A stretch of 64,000 nt of DNA. It comes from Moniliella sp. 'wahieum' (taxonomy: Eukaryota). Of this stretch, positions 51,866 through 64,000 are shown in pieces. The notes beneath the pieces are model-generated. The model was not told where the DNA came from, did no database searches, and was given only the letters and a program-made list of their open reading frames with translations. The stretch covers positions 124,001-188,000 of the forward strand of contig RSEE01000085.1 in the NCBI GenBank assembly GCA_003971905.1, written 5' to 3'. Made by a program: the position numbers and the translations under genes. Numbering within the stretch: position 1 is the first letter of the stretch; each line of letters opens with the position of its first letter.

Positions 51866-53651
51866 TTACTCCTCGTCCTCCTCCTCGTCTACGCCTTCGT
51901 CCGCAACCTTAATAATCTCGCCTTGGGCCCCGCCTTGTTCGAGACGTTGACGCTGCTGGGGAGTGAGCACTTGCTGCAACCGATCGCCAAACGTCTTGCG
52001 CACACCAACGTTGGAGAGTGCGTCCCAAATCCGTAGAACCCCCTTGGACCCAGCACAGGCGATCGTCATGGGGTCATTGGGAGAGAGGAGGCTGAAAAGA
52101 CGCGGCCGGCATCCAAGTCGCGGCTTGTGACGATGCTGATGCTTTGGGGAGTAGCGTTGCCTGTGCCCACAGCGTCCGACAGGGACCAGATCTTAGTCTG
52201 TCGGTCAGCACCTCCCGTCAACAGACACCCAGGCACAAGCGGGTTCATCTGGATCGACGTGCACGCCGACTCATGCGCAGACAATGTCCACAGTGCCTCT
52301 GTCCCAGCGCCTGGTGCGAGGGACTTGGCCTGGGCCGCAGAGCCAGTGCGGAGATTGCGCTTGTCAAACGCTTGCACCAATCCGTTCTCCATCGAAGCCA
52401 AAAATTGGTTCGGGTGCCAGGGGTCCCATTGTACGCTCTCCACGTCCGAGGCCACCTTGGCAACACACCTGCGTCTGGCGAACGCGTGTCAAACACTCGC
52501 AACGATCCATCAAACGAACCAGTCAGGAGCGTTGCCGCCGCTTCGGCGCCCATCGATCCTACCGAGCAGCCCGAGGTGTCCCATGCCACCGCTTGGATCT
52601 TGTCCGAGTGCACATTGTCGTAGGAACGCAGCGCCGAACCATGCTTTCCACTGGTGGGGCGAGTCAGATCCCAGAGCTTGACCGTCTTATCCGCACTGAC
52701 CGAGGCAAGGATGGACCTAGCCACCCGGTTCCACGACAGGCCCAGCACAGCGTCCACATGGTGGGTCGCGGTGGCCACCCGCTGCGCCTTTTGACGACGC
52801 TTTTTCTTGCCCGTACCGAGGGGCATGTCCAAGTTTTTGGTCAAATCCCTCCTTCCCAAAATGGCGTCGGGAAAGGCCGCCTCCACCACATCCATGGACC
52901 AAATTTCAATCTCTGGGTCCATCGTGCCTACCGCCATGTAGCTCCCTTGGGCGCCCGGCTGCCCGTTGGGCAACAGTTGGGGCTCCTCCCCATCGTCGGA
53001 GAAAATGGCCGGCTTAAAGTCGAGCCACTCGAGACAGAGCGGGAAGGAGGGGAGCATGAGGTCGTGATGAACATACAGATTGGCATCCTCGGGCGCATAC
53101 ACATATGCATCCAATTGCGGCACCTCATCCTCGGCCTTGGCCACGACAATCAAATTGTCCGACGGGTAAATCTCCAGTTCCTCCCGCGACGCCTCCGAGT
53201 TGGCATCTTCATCGTCCTTGAGAGTCACGTAGGGGTCCTCATCGTTGTTGCGGTAAAAGGTGAGACCCTTGATGTTGCCCAAGGCACCCAGCGTGCCTTG
53301 CGGCTGCTCGTCGTCGTACGTGTCGAGATGGTACCGGGCCAAATCATCCGGGTCCTCCATCTGGACCTCGTCCCCCCCAGAGGGCTTGGCAGGACCTTCA
53401 GAGCCCGATCCCTCTTCACTCATCGCCTCGTCACCGCTGCCATCCGCATCTTCCCACCCATCATCGTCTTGGCCCATGCCTTCTGCCGCCTTCTTCATCT
53501 CCTCCACCTGCGCCTGGGCGTCTTGGAAGTGCATGCCAGTCAGGGCCGAGATACGGGCAATCTCATCATCGTCGGTGAGGTTGGTGCGGTGCGGGTGTTG
53601 GGCAGATTTGCCCTGGGCAATCCAGGCGACAGACGAGATGATGCTCGTCAT
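51866..53651 (-). CDS. PWP1: Periodic tryptophan protein 1 (WD40, ribosome biogenesis)
   Basis: IISSVAWIAQG, DDLARYHLDTYD, NLYVHHDLMLPSFPLCLEWLD, AVGTMDPEIEIW, LASVSADKTVKLWDL. Confidence 0.95.
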
Positions 53652-54450
53652 GATGGTCCTGGTCGATGTCGAAGGCAAGAGAGACGGTCCCTCGCCTTCT
53701 AACTGTTGCTCCCTGGCTCTTGCTCCATCCAACCCCTCGTCTCGTCACGCGTCACGCGTCACTGCAGCAAAAAAAGTTGCGGAGGCTGGCCAATACATTG
53801 CACCGATCCCAATTGAATCTTTCACATCCGCGACGCCCCTTTACCCTCCTGTTATATTTAGACCTAAGCCTTAGGCCTTACGTGACTTGCACCCTTGGGA
53901 CGATGGCGTCGCACCCGTCCCTGCATCTGCTGACCGTCTCGAACAGCTACACCTCGGCAGACATGCTCACAGGACATCCGCTCGTACCAGACGCATCAGA
54001 CCGACTCGTGGCCAAACGTACGCAGGACTCATCGTTCAACGAGGAAAACCCCAGTACAGCATCCCGAGTTGAGGCACCTCTATATTGCTGTCATACCACC
54101 CTAGTACTGTACCACACTGAAAGACCTCAGCAGGGCCAAAGAGACTTGCCACTTCGGCTACGGCTACGGGGCGGCGGGGCAGGTTGATGTGTAGGAGGCG
54201 CAGTGGTTATGGTTCCCACGGCCCGTCACGCGTCTCGTGCTGCCTGATGCCAGTCGCAGCGCCACACAATGTTGATTCCGAAACTGGGCAGGGGAAGAGT
54301 AGTGCAGTAATAAGATAACCGAGGGTCGCACATGGGTGTAGGACAGAGGCCTGCTGAAGTATACATGCATCAGGCCGTCTGTGTGCACACCCAACAGAGC
54401 AGGGGACAGGAACGGGAGCATGTGGGCTGGGGGGAAAGGATCATCGCATC

Positions 54451-57400
54451 TCACAGGAAGTGGCGGCATCCTTCCGACCCACACAGACACGGAATCGCGT
54501 CCTCGTCATTGGCATTGGCAGCTAACTTGTAGTCGTACGTGATCTCGTCCCCTGGCTCGATCCAATCCTTGGCAAACAACACAATCCGCTTGTCCCCATT
54601 GACAGTCAAGATCTTGGCGTTGCAGTTGGGTGTGCAGCAATGGTTCATCAACCGAGCAATGTTACCCTTGCGCGTCGCATCGACGACCAGGTCATTGTCG
54701 ACGCGGAATAGATACGTTGAGAACTGACCCGAGCGCTCGTACGCCTTCTCCCGCTCATCGGCCACTTGGTGCCGCACCACCTCGCCAACATACTCAATCA
54801 CCATATCTCCCGGGCCAATCGACTCGAGCGCATACAGCCCCCAATCGTGAATGGGCGAGCGCGCAAACCGAAGTGCTTTCTTGCGTGTACCAAGCTGGTT
54901 GATCGTCAAGAGGTCCGGATCAATTGTCGAGCCCCGCTTTTGAAGCTCCAGGTTGGCCACCAAACGACGGCCGTCCGCACGAGCCTCCCGCGCGCTCGCC
55001 AGTACACCAGCAGCAACCTTGGCCCCGTCAGGAGAATCGTGATGGAGGTCGGGTTCGTGCAGAGCTTTATGTCGTGGGTGCCAACGGAACATGCCTTCCG
55101 ACCGAGCCGACCCGGACCTCAGAGGAGGCAACTCATCTTCCTCCTCCTCATTCTTCTTCTTTGTTCCATCCTCTTCCCCGTCCTCCCTCACGGCCTCAGC
55201 ACTGCCCCAGGAAGTGCCGAGGTCAACGGACCTGAGTTGCTCCAAGGCCCGCTTGGCAAAATACAGGTCGTCATCGTCCTCGATGATGCCGAGGGCGTAC
55301 AGGTCAGTCGCTGCATTTTTTGTTCGCGATACGCTCGGTCGTGCAGTCTTCTTGGCAGGCCGAGGCACGATCGGAGGGGTCGGGGTTTGATCCATGTGCG
55401 ATTTGGACGAGTTCACAGGAGGTAAGGCAGAGAGCCCACTATTGGATGCGCCGGATGGAAGGGTTGTTATCTCCTTGTTCTTCTTGGAGGCGCGCCCCGT
55501 CTTCTTTGTACGGGGCACCACGGTGGGCGTGGAAACAACATCGGAAGGACCAGGGACATTCTTCACGGTCGCCGGCTCTTCCATATCGACTGTAGCTTCA
55601 GCGCCACTGCATCCAGGCAACAATGGATCCAACGCCGCGTCCACGGGTTCGGCAACTGCGGCCAAACGTTGAAGCAGTGCTTCATCATCCGCAGCAGTTG
55701 CGGCTGAGGCAGGGTGCACTTCCTGGACCTTTTCTTGGGGCTTTGGGGGTTCGGAACCGGAGTCGGAGTCGCTAAAGTCAGGTAAAGGGCGGCGACGATG
55801 AGATCTTGAGGCAGATCCGGCCTTGGCCAGCTTCTCATCCAGCCTGGGTTCCGAGTCGGTGCGCTCGGGAATATACTGGGGATGAGGCTTACGAGCCATA
55901 CCCTGGAAACGCATCTTGGTCGACCGCGATGTATCATGATCGCCACCGTGCAATTGCATGCCAGAGCCCAGGGAAGGGGCGTGGGGAATGATATCCGTTT
56001 TGATAGTAGACTTTGGTGATGACTGTTTGCGTGCGACAGACGCTCCATTTTCACCCTCACGTTCATCTTCGTTCTTTTCCGCTTCCGACGAGGAAATGCG
56101 CTTCGTCCGAAACCGCACGCTCTCAACGTCCTTGCTCTTGATGCTTGACCCGCTTGGAGCAACTCTCTCAGCAGCCTTGCTTGGGCGGGGAGAGTCGTCC
56201 GCCTCTCCCTCCTTGGGTAACAGGGCAGTGGGCCCACCCTTGTGTTCGGGCATTACAGCTGGGGTAGAGGCTGTGGGGATCTTGGGCACCCTCGGAATCG
56301 AGGGCAACTTGCCCCCAAACGCAGACAATCCCCGTTTCAATGGTATTGGGGGTAGTGGGACTCGGACTGGGATTGGGATTGGGGACGACCCATGGCGATC
56401 AGAGGGGTGGAACGAATCGGGATTGTCCCCATCACCAAGAGCGGGCATGGTGGGTGTCAACGCAGCTGTGACAGGAGACGTGCCAGCAGTCGAAATTGCT
56501 TCTCCCGCCGGGGAAGGCGCGGACGACGATGCCAGTACAGTCTCTGACACGAACGGATGAAGAGACAACTCTTGTCTGTTTTTCAACGCCACAGCCAGCT
56601 CGGGTCGGCAGAAGCGCAGGCCAATGTCGGCCACGAAACGTTGCTTTAGCTCCGATACCAATCGGGCAGAGGCCTCATCAACTAAATCTGAGAGGGTCCA
56701 GCTCGTGTGTTTTGGATGGGGAGTCGAGGGAGAAGCGAGCAAGGAGATGGGGGATACGACGCAGCAGGTCGTTCATGCGGTTTATTCTATTGAGACATCA
56801 AACCGTTAGAGGGGGTTGGCATGCAATACGCAGAAAAAGGTACTCACCAGGGCAGTTCTGACTTCTTGATCTGGGTCAAGGTAGGAGAAAGGTCAGATCG
56901 GCGGATGGGCATGCCTCCATTAGATAGGTCTTCGGAAGAAGAAAGTTCTTCCGAGCGAACTGGGGGAGAAACAACGCGGTTTACCGAGCCACTAAGCGAG
57001 GCAGGGTGGGGGGGGACAGAAGAATGATCCTCTGAAGGGAAGGGAGACCAGCCATTGTCCTTGTCCAAACGGACAGGGCGTGAAGGGCGATCTTGACGTG
57101 TCATAGCGGGCTCCATCGCGTCACTGGCAAGACGGGGTCGGGTTTGGGGTCGAGCACAAACGAGATCATCGTCAGATGCGGCTCGTCAATTGAGAGTAAA
57201 CGGCTGCTTCTTTCTCCAGTGGGGTCCCGACTGTGGGCGAGATTAGTTCGTGATTAGGCCGGGACAATTGTCGTCCCCCTTCCGAATCCCAGTCCCCGAG
57301 TCGGCGATCCCGCCTGTCCCTCTCTCGGTCCCTTTCCCTTTCCCCTTTCCTTTTCCTCTCCATCTCGTTTCCCCTCTCCCTTCCCATTTCCCTTTGGCTG

Positions 57401-57831
57401 ACTCTGTCCCCTCCCAAGTCACGAAGAGGAGGACTGGGAGCCTTGGAAACACCAGGCGGCGTAGCGACAACGGGTTCGCTCCACCCACCTCCCCTCCGGC
57501 GTGCACGCTCCCTGGCTCGCTGCTCCGGTCTGCCCAGCATCCTTGAGCGAGTCGGGACGCTCCTCGCGCCTGCAGCGCAACTCGCGTTCCCGACGATGTG
57601 AGTAGCGATCTGGCGAGCGAGAGCGCGTACGCCAGCCGCGATACTGGGTGGATGCGTGCCTTTTTGCGTCCGTTCTACCCAAATCCGGAGAGGGTGTTCT
57701 CCGCGCCGACGATGCGGGGTGATCGGGAACGGCGGCGCCGGTACGCCTCCATATCCTGCTTGGAGGCATGGTGGTCTGGCGGGCTGGACTCGCGGCGGGC
57801 GCGGAAGCCAGGAGAATGGTTCCGGGTACAT
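54451..57831 (-). CDS. SET1: Histone H3K4 methyltransferase Set1 (COMPASS); 5' end uncertain
   Basis: n-SET GSARSEG; RKKALRFARSPIHDWGLYA, MVIEYVGE, YLFRVD, IARLMNHCCTPNCNAKI, EITYDY, post-SET CLCGSEGC; probable intron about 56747-56848. Confidence 0.92.
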
Positions 57832-58626
57832 CTCTGCTGCCACGTGATGAGGGGGCAGGGGAGTGGTGGCGTGCTCGGTAGGGGCGGTCGTGCGGGCTAG
57901 AGGGAGGGGAGGGGCGCTGGGCTCGGTGGGAGCTGCGGCGGGGGAGGGGGGGAGGGGGACGCTGTGGGGCTTGTGCTCAAGCGCATGAGTGCGCTCCCGG
58001 CTGCAAGAGGGCTGGGAAGGAGCTGGGTGCTCGGGACGGGCGGAGGAAGCGGGGGCGTCGGGCGGGGCGGATGTGGGCGGGAGACGGGGGTGGGAGGAGC
58101 GCGGCGGAGGCAGCGACGCAGATTCGGGAGGACGTGTCGAGGAAGGCGGGGCTGACGTGCAGGAGGGGCGGCTTGGCTCGTGGGCGTGCGCGGATCATGG
58201 CAGTCGTGGCGGAGGGGCTGGCCGGGGGGCTGCGGACAGGACGCCGGCCGTGGGCAGAGCAGGCAGCTGGTGGCGACGCACACGAAGCGGAGCGGTGGTG
58301 GTCGCCACCCATCAGCGCGTGGCGCACAAATCATTAATCCGGCTAGGGCGTGTCGATACACTACGCGTGAGCGCGAGTACTTTGTTTTGTCTTCGGCTCG
58401 CGACTTGGCCGGAGAGCGTGGTTTCAATGTTGCATTCCTATTCACCGCTCAGGATCGACCGCCGATGAGCGCCTCGAGGCGCCCAGTGGGCACCAGGGCG
58501 CACCCCACGCCGCGCTGACGTCAGCCCCCGCACAGGTGCAATATTTCAGGGCGCTGGTCGTGTCGCGTTCGCCGACGCGTTGCTGGCCGCAGCAGCCCTC
58601 GCTGCGCTCCCCCCACCATCGCTGCC

Positions 58627-61002
58627 ATGGCTGGCCGAGCCAACGACACCACGACCGCCCGCCTCCAACCGGCCACGCCTCGCCGTACGCGTCGCCAGAG
58701 CCTCGTCCGCCCGACGCAGCCGATGGCCGTGCATCCGCGCCCCCGCCCTCCACCGCACGAACCCCCTCGGCCGTGCGCGCCTCGAGCGCCACACCGCGTC
58801 AGCCCCCGCGCGCGCTGCCCCCCTCGGCGGGAGGAGGCGCTGCAGCTCCGCGCATTTCCGTGGGGGGCATCCGTCGCGACCTACGCGCCGCCGTGGGAGG
58901 CACCCCGCTTCGCGCGTCATCGCAACCGGCCACTTCGCTCGCCACCGCTGCCCGTCTGGGTCCGCGTGCCAGCCGTTTGTCGATTGATAGCACCCTTGGT
59001 GATATTTTCCCGCCATCCGCGGCGCCTGAAGGCCAGCCAGCCGATCCTTCCCTGCAGATCGATGCGTCGCTGCCCCTCCACGCCCACCCCACACCGTACT
59101 CCTGCTGCCCGCACGCCCGGCACGGCGCGTACGCCCTGACCCGCTCTGCGATCCGTCGTGCATCCGAGTCACGGCGACCGCGCGCCCGTCGTCTACCCTC
59201 CGTGCCGGCGCAGGCAGAGTGGAGAGTCCATTTGACCTACTGTGGCGCTTGGCCCATCGTGCGTATCGTACCTACCTTTTGCTCGTTGCTACCAATGGCT
59301 GGCTAACCGAACACTCTGCTTCTTCCTCCAGCTCCTCCGCGGCCAGACATGAGTCTCTTGGAAACCACCACCGAGCAGCCGGGGCTGGAAACCGAGCTGG
59401 ACACGACCTTTGGCGGAACGTTGATCCAGCCTGGACCACCGCTTCTCCATCCCGGCCCACCTGTGCCCGGTGACTTGACTCATACCGCTCGGCCGGGGCT
59501 CAGCTTGGACCGGAGCCGAACCGGTAGGAGGGACACCAACCAGGCCGAAGACGAAGACGAAGATGAGGACGAGGACGACTGGGCGGCGGAGTTGGATCAG
59601 CTCAATCTGCCCTCTCCCTCACTGGCTCGCCAAGCGCTGGAGCGCGTGTTGGCGTCCACCTCGCCGCGTGGTGCGATGGGTAGGCGAGGGGAGCCAGGGA
59701 GGAGGAAGAGGCAACTGAGCAGGCTGAACGAGAGAGGGACCGTCTGGCCGAAGAGGAACTTACCCGTCTCTTGGCCGTCGATCCTACCGACTTGAGCACC
59801 ATGTCCGCTGCTCTCTCCCGACGTCTTTCCATGCAAGTCCGGTTGGGAGGCGGCGATGCCAGTCGGGTGTCGGGCCCGCGCACGCCCCTTTTTCTTCCCA
59901 CACTCTCTTCCAGCTCAGATGCCGTGCCGGACCGTGCAGGGGCACAAACCCCTGCCCAATCCGACTATACGGCCGACGGGAGTGAGATGGCCCGCCGCCG
60001 CTCCGCCACGCACCAGCCTCGGTGCCAGTTTGGCAGGCCAACCTACCGAGGCGGACCTCTATGGTCTGGGAGACGAAATGCCCGCGTTGGAAGATGCTCC
60101 GGATCTATTTGGCGAAGCAGAGGACCCATCAATGCTGTATCCCAGACAGGAAGTCTCCCTCACCCACGATCAGTTGACTGGGGTAGGTGCCACCTCAGGC
60201 GAAAGGTCGATGGGCGAGGGGGATGCGACGGCTGCATCCACCACTCGGATGCTTGATCTCTCCGCTGGGGTGGGGGCTGAAGAGGTGGAAGGAGAGCTAG
60301 GGGAGGAGGAACCTGGTCAATTTGGCCAAGCCGATGAAGACGAAGCGCCTGGGGCAACCACGCTTTACCCACCCGAAGGTGAACTACGAGAGCAAGGGGA
60401 AGCAGGAGCGGAAGCCGAAGCCGAAGTCGACTCGGACGGCTCGTGGGCGTCGGATCAATCGGTGGGAGGGGTGTTGAGGCAACGACTTGCGCGCCGCAAT
60501 CCGACCCGTCGCCTACCCGACGAGATCGAGATCGGGTGCCAGCGACGCTGGTCACGCGTCTCTTTTCCGCCGTGGCCGGAAACAACTATCGCTTGGACCC
60601 GGCAGCCTTGACAGCGGTGCAGGATGCGTCCGATGCGTTTTTTGGTGCGTTAGCCCGCGACGTGTCGGCGGCAGCTCGGGCTCGGTTGCGTCGCCCGAAC
60701 GAAACGAGCTCAACAAGGGCCGTGACGATTACCGAGACGGACTTGTTGGCCGCGTGGTCGCGCATGGTCATGTGGATGCCCGCCACGACGTGTACACCAC
60801 CGCCCTCACCCTCCTCCCGCGTGAACTGTCCGATTGGATCGACGTGGCGCGCGTCGAGCCCCAACGCGCTACTGTGCGCAGGGCGATGCAAGCTGCCCGG
60901 GCTACCAACCAAGCTGCCGCCGAGGCCCAGAGTGCTGCCGCCACCGAGACTGGCCAGGAGACGGAAGCGGACATGACGGTGCTGTTGCCGCCCCAGGGGT
61001 AG
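58627..61002 (+). CDS. CENP-T (Cnp20/Cnn1)-like kinetochore protein
   Basis: Long disordered TP/SP-rich and acidic N-terminus; C-terminal histone-fold-like segment VPATLVTRLFSAV..LDPAALTAVQDASDAFFGALARDV..TITETDLL..LLPRELSDWI. Confidence 0.7.
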
Positions 61003-61530
61003 GGGACATGTCCACGTCCGCACCCCGCTCTCGAACCCGTTCGACCGCTCCAGGCAAACGACCGGCCGCCGCTTCCTCGGCTCCGGTCCCAGCCAGGCTA
61101 AACGAGCTCGCGGTGTGCCAGCCAACCCGTTGGCGCCGGGTCGCGGCCGCGTGCCAAGGCTACCAAGGCTACCAAGGCGGCAGGCCGACGATAAGAACAC
61201 AAGTGGACACTCGGTACGGCTATGCATCTGGATTCGAACAAGGGCAGGACCCTGTATGCGGCGGGTGTGTGCGTTGGCGGCAACGACGAGTCAACTGGTC
61301 AATGGGACCGATGCTCGTGACCAATCCAATTGATGTTCAGTTTACAATGAGCAACGCCGTCCGACGTAGTCGACGGAAAAGGGGGAAGGAGGGGTATATG
61401 ACAACAACAGCCGACAACAACAGCCAGGGGAATGGGGGAAGGGAAGGTCGGGGGGGAGTACGAGTGGGGATGGGTCGCCAGGAAAAAGTGTGGCAGAGGC
61501 GGGACGAGAGAAAAAAAAAAGAAAAAAAAG

Positions 61531-62526
61531 CTATGCGGGCGAGGGGGATTTGGGTCTTGCCAGTCCAACGAGGCGGTAAGCGTGGGAGCGCCGAGTTGGC
61601 ACGGAGCGTGTAGAGGAGAGGCGGTGCCAAAAGTCTTCGTATGACTTGGGTCCCCGGCGGCCCACCGTCTGAAGCGAGGGCAAGGCGGGTGCCGCCGAAG
61701 CAGAGCTGTGTGGTAGGTCCATCGGGCAGGTTCGGGCAGTCAGCGGGACAGCCGAGGTGGTCACGGACTCGCCTCTGGCTGTAGCATTGAGTGAAGCGGT
61801 GGAATGGGGGACTAGGGTTCGGCATCGTCCCCACGGTGAGCCAACCCAATTGGAGTGGGGGTCGGGGGCGATGCCGCACGCTTCATCCCAGGCGGAAGAG
61901 GGGAGGGCGATCGCTGAGGAAGCTCACTCTGCGTCTCGTGGTCTCTACCCGGTAACTTGGTGAGGCGGGAGGCGTAACAAGACCGGCAACTACCAACGCA
62001 GGGGTCGAGCCAAGGGGAGCTGTGAGGATGGAGGACTTGGCTGTATGCGGGGTGGGGAGCGAAGTAGGGGGATTGCACGATGCCGACAGCGAGGGAGTTC
62101 TCGGCGTTGGGATCGAGCAAGGGTTGGGAAGCATGTGCGGCGCCCTGAGCTGAAGGAGCGGCGGCGGCAGCAGCAGCAGCAGCAGCAGTAGCAGCTTTGG
62201 CCAGTGTGCGCTCGTCATCGTACCCGGGCAGACGGACAAGGGCAGCAACTGATTCCCATGGGTAAGGCGCCATCCCACGTTGCACCTTGTAAGCAGCAAG
62301 GGAAAGACGGAGGGCAAGGATCCGTGCTGCGGCATCTAGCCGCTGGGCGTCGGTGGATGGGCTGGCAGACGCCAAGGACGTCTGCTGAGGCCGATGCGCC
62401 GAGGGCGGCGCAGCTGCAGGCGAGGGGGTGGCGGGGCACGGTTGCGGTGCTGGGGCGGTGGCGGGGGCGCTTTCGGGAAGGCGGAGGCGACTGAGGCGGG
62501 GCGGGGATGCGCTTGCTGGTCGGCAT
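61531..62526 (-). CDS. Whi5/Nrm1-like G1/S transcriptional repressor
   Basis: GTB-like motif ARILALRLSLAAYKVQRG..PW in an S/TP-rich disordered protein; C-terminal SYEDFW. Confidence 0.6.
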
Positions 62527-62543
62527 GGCGGGTGGGGTGGGGG

Positions 62544-62584
62544 TGGGATGGGATGGGATGGATGGGATGGGATGGGATGGGATG
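62544..62584 (+). repeat. (GGGAT)n pentanucleotide microsatellite
   Basis: About 8 copies with one imperfect unit. Confidence 0.9.
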
Positions 62585-63439
62585 AGATCAAGCAGGATGC
62601 AGATGTGCCTGCTGAGGGTGACGTCACCCAGGGCAACGACTTGCCTCTTTCAATTTCAGCCTGTGCGTACACAGCCCCAGTCGAGAGCCACTGGTCACCG
62701 TCACTGCTCGCCTGGCCCCCGCGGGGATTGGGTCGCACAGCGCTCATGCATCATGCATCGCCCATCGCACCCAGGCGGGGGAGAGTGTGGGTAAGTGATT
62801 TCAGCATTTCATATCCTCCACAGGCCCCGTCTCCGATCGACTATCGCAGCCGAGCGCAGACCCAATCAATCGCAGGATTAACACCTGTATAGGCCACAGC
62901 GCCTCGGGCTGACCTCCATATTGTGCACTCCCCAAAGCCAATTTCAGCGCCAGCCCGCCAAGCTTCTTGTGCGTGAGTGCGGGGGTGAAGAGACGCCAGT
63001 GCCCAGCGCCCCGCCACTCCCGCCTGGACGGGCAAAAGGAGGATCGGCAGAGGAAACGCCGAGGACTCCGTGGCCACTTAACGCAACACGCGCTTATGGT
63101 GTGGGTGGCACTGCGACATGTGACGTCAGCCTCATGAGCTCGGGGCGAAGAGCCGCTGGGCGCTGTGTCGCATGGGCCATGGGTGATGCTGGGCATGGGC
63201 TAGGCTGCCAGCTGAGCCTGCTGATGAGACGGCCTGCGCTTGGGCCTGCTTGGGCCTGCTTCCACCTGCGTTGCCCCGAGATGGGGCCCGTCTGGCCCCG
63301 ACTCGCTCCGTGCCACGCTCAGCCTGGCGCAGCCCAGCTGCTCAGCTCTGCCCACGCCATATTCCTACAAATACCAGCCGTCTTGCTTCCCTTGGCCCTG
63401 CTCGCCTGTGCCTCCCCCCCTCTGTCGCAGTAGGCCGCC

Positions 63440-64000
63440 ATGTCCGCTCGCGAGACGCACGCCAGCAAGCTCGACGACCTCCCCACGCGCGCCACTCGGC
63501 CCAGCCCCAACTCGGCCGCCTGCAGCAGCTCGCCGCGCTTCAGCCCGCCAAGCCTGCCGAACGCATCACCTCCTCCTTCAGCGCTGCCGCCAGCCACAGG
63601 CTCGCTGCCCTCCGTCGCCGTCGCAGCCAGTCGCCCGGCAGCTTGTCTGAAGCGGCCCATCGATCCGAAGCTGCCGTCCGCACACGTGCTCAGCGCGCCA
63701 GCTCGGGGGCTTCGGCGCCCCGCGTCGCCGCTACTCTCTACGCTGAGCCTCAGCTCGGCCCCACATCCGATGAGGTGCAAGACACCAAGGAGCTAGCGTG
63801 GTAGATGCGCTAGCGGATGCCACCCTGTCCGCCACCGAGCCCCCCATGTCTTCCGAAAGCCACTCCCAAGGATGCTCAAGACAAGACGGTGGAAGAACTG
63901 CGCATGGGCGAAGAAGCCGCCAAAGAGCGCTACTGGCGTCGTTGGGGGCCCTATACTCCCGAGCGCCAGTGGGCCACGGTGCGCGAGGATTACTCGGAAG
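63440..64000 (+). CDS. GH63-like glucosidase (YMR196W family), 5' part; runs off the window; start uncertain (63440 or 63817)
   Basis: KTVEELRMGEEAAKERYWRRWGPY..ERQWATVREDYSE at 63880-64000. Confidence 0.8.

Noticed and set aside
7413..61002. Calling the frameshifted genes pseudogenes or programmed-frameshift loci
   Set aside because: Indels are scattered through essential genes and cluster at homopolymers, the pattern expected from sequencing error

Overview
Gene-dense, GC-rich eukaryotic DNA from a fungus. It is most likely a basidiomycete outside the Agaricomycotina (Ustilaginomycotina-like); this is inferred from short GT-AG introns with CTAAC/CTGAC branch sites, the protein styles and a CENP-T homolog. 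About 30 protein-coding genes are recognisable, mostly housekeeping: Psr1 and Oca1 phosphatases, a cyclin, NPC2, RSM7, EAF6, PGC1, a DHHC palmitoyltransferase, a CBS-PB1 protein, FAN1, a LIM protein, THG1, TGL2, an MDJ1-like J-protein, RPP1, PAC3, OTU2, a tannase, SERF, SGF73, PWP1, SET1, CENP-T, a Whi5-like protein and a GH63-like protein. There are also three intron-containing tRNAs and one damaged tRNA. Almost every gene has 1-nt frameshifts, most likely unpolished long-read errors, so gene boundaries are approximate. The most unusual locus is 11.7-14.1 kb: a pseudo-tRNA-Val, then a gag-only copia-like relic between 42-bp direct repeats, whose reading frame runs into a bacterial-type SDR gene. 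Other points of interest are an Oca1 with Asp at the catalytic Cys, a class-A J-protein with a spliced C-terminal membrane anchor, a Set1 with no visible RRM, a 6-nt tRNA intron, a CRE/MoTeR-like retrotransposon fragment, a cerato-platanin and recurrent intergenic motifs. No CRISPR array, rRNA or prokaryotic system is present. All family calls are from motif recognition; no database search was run.
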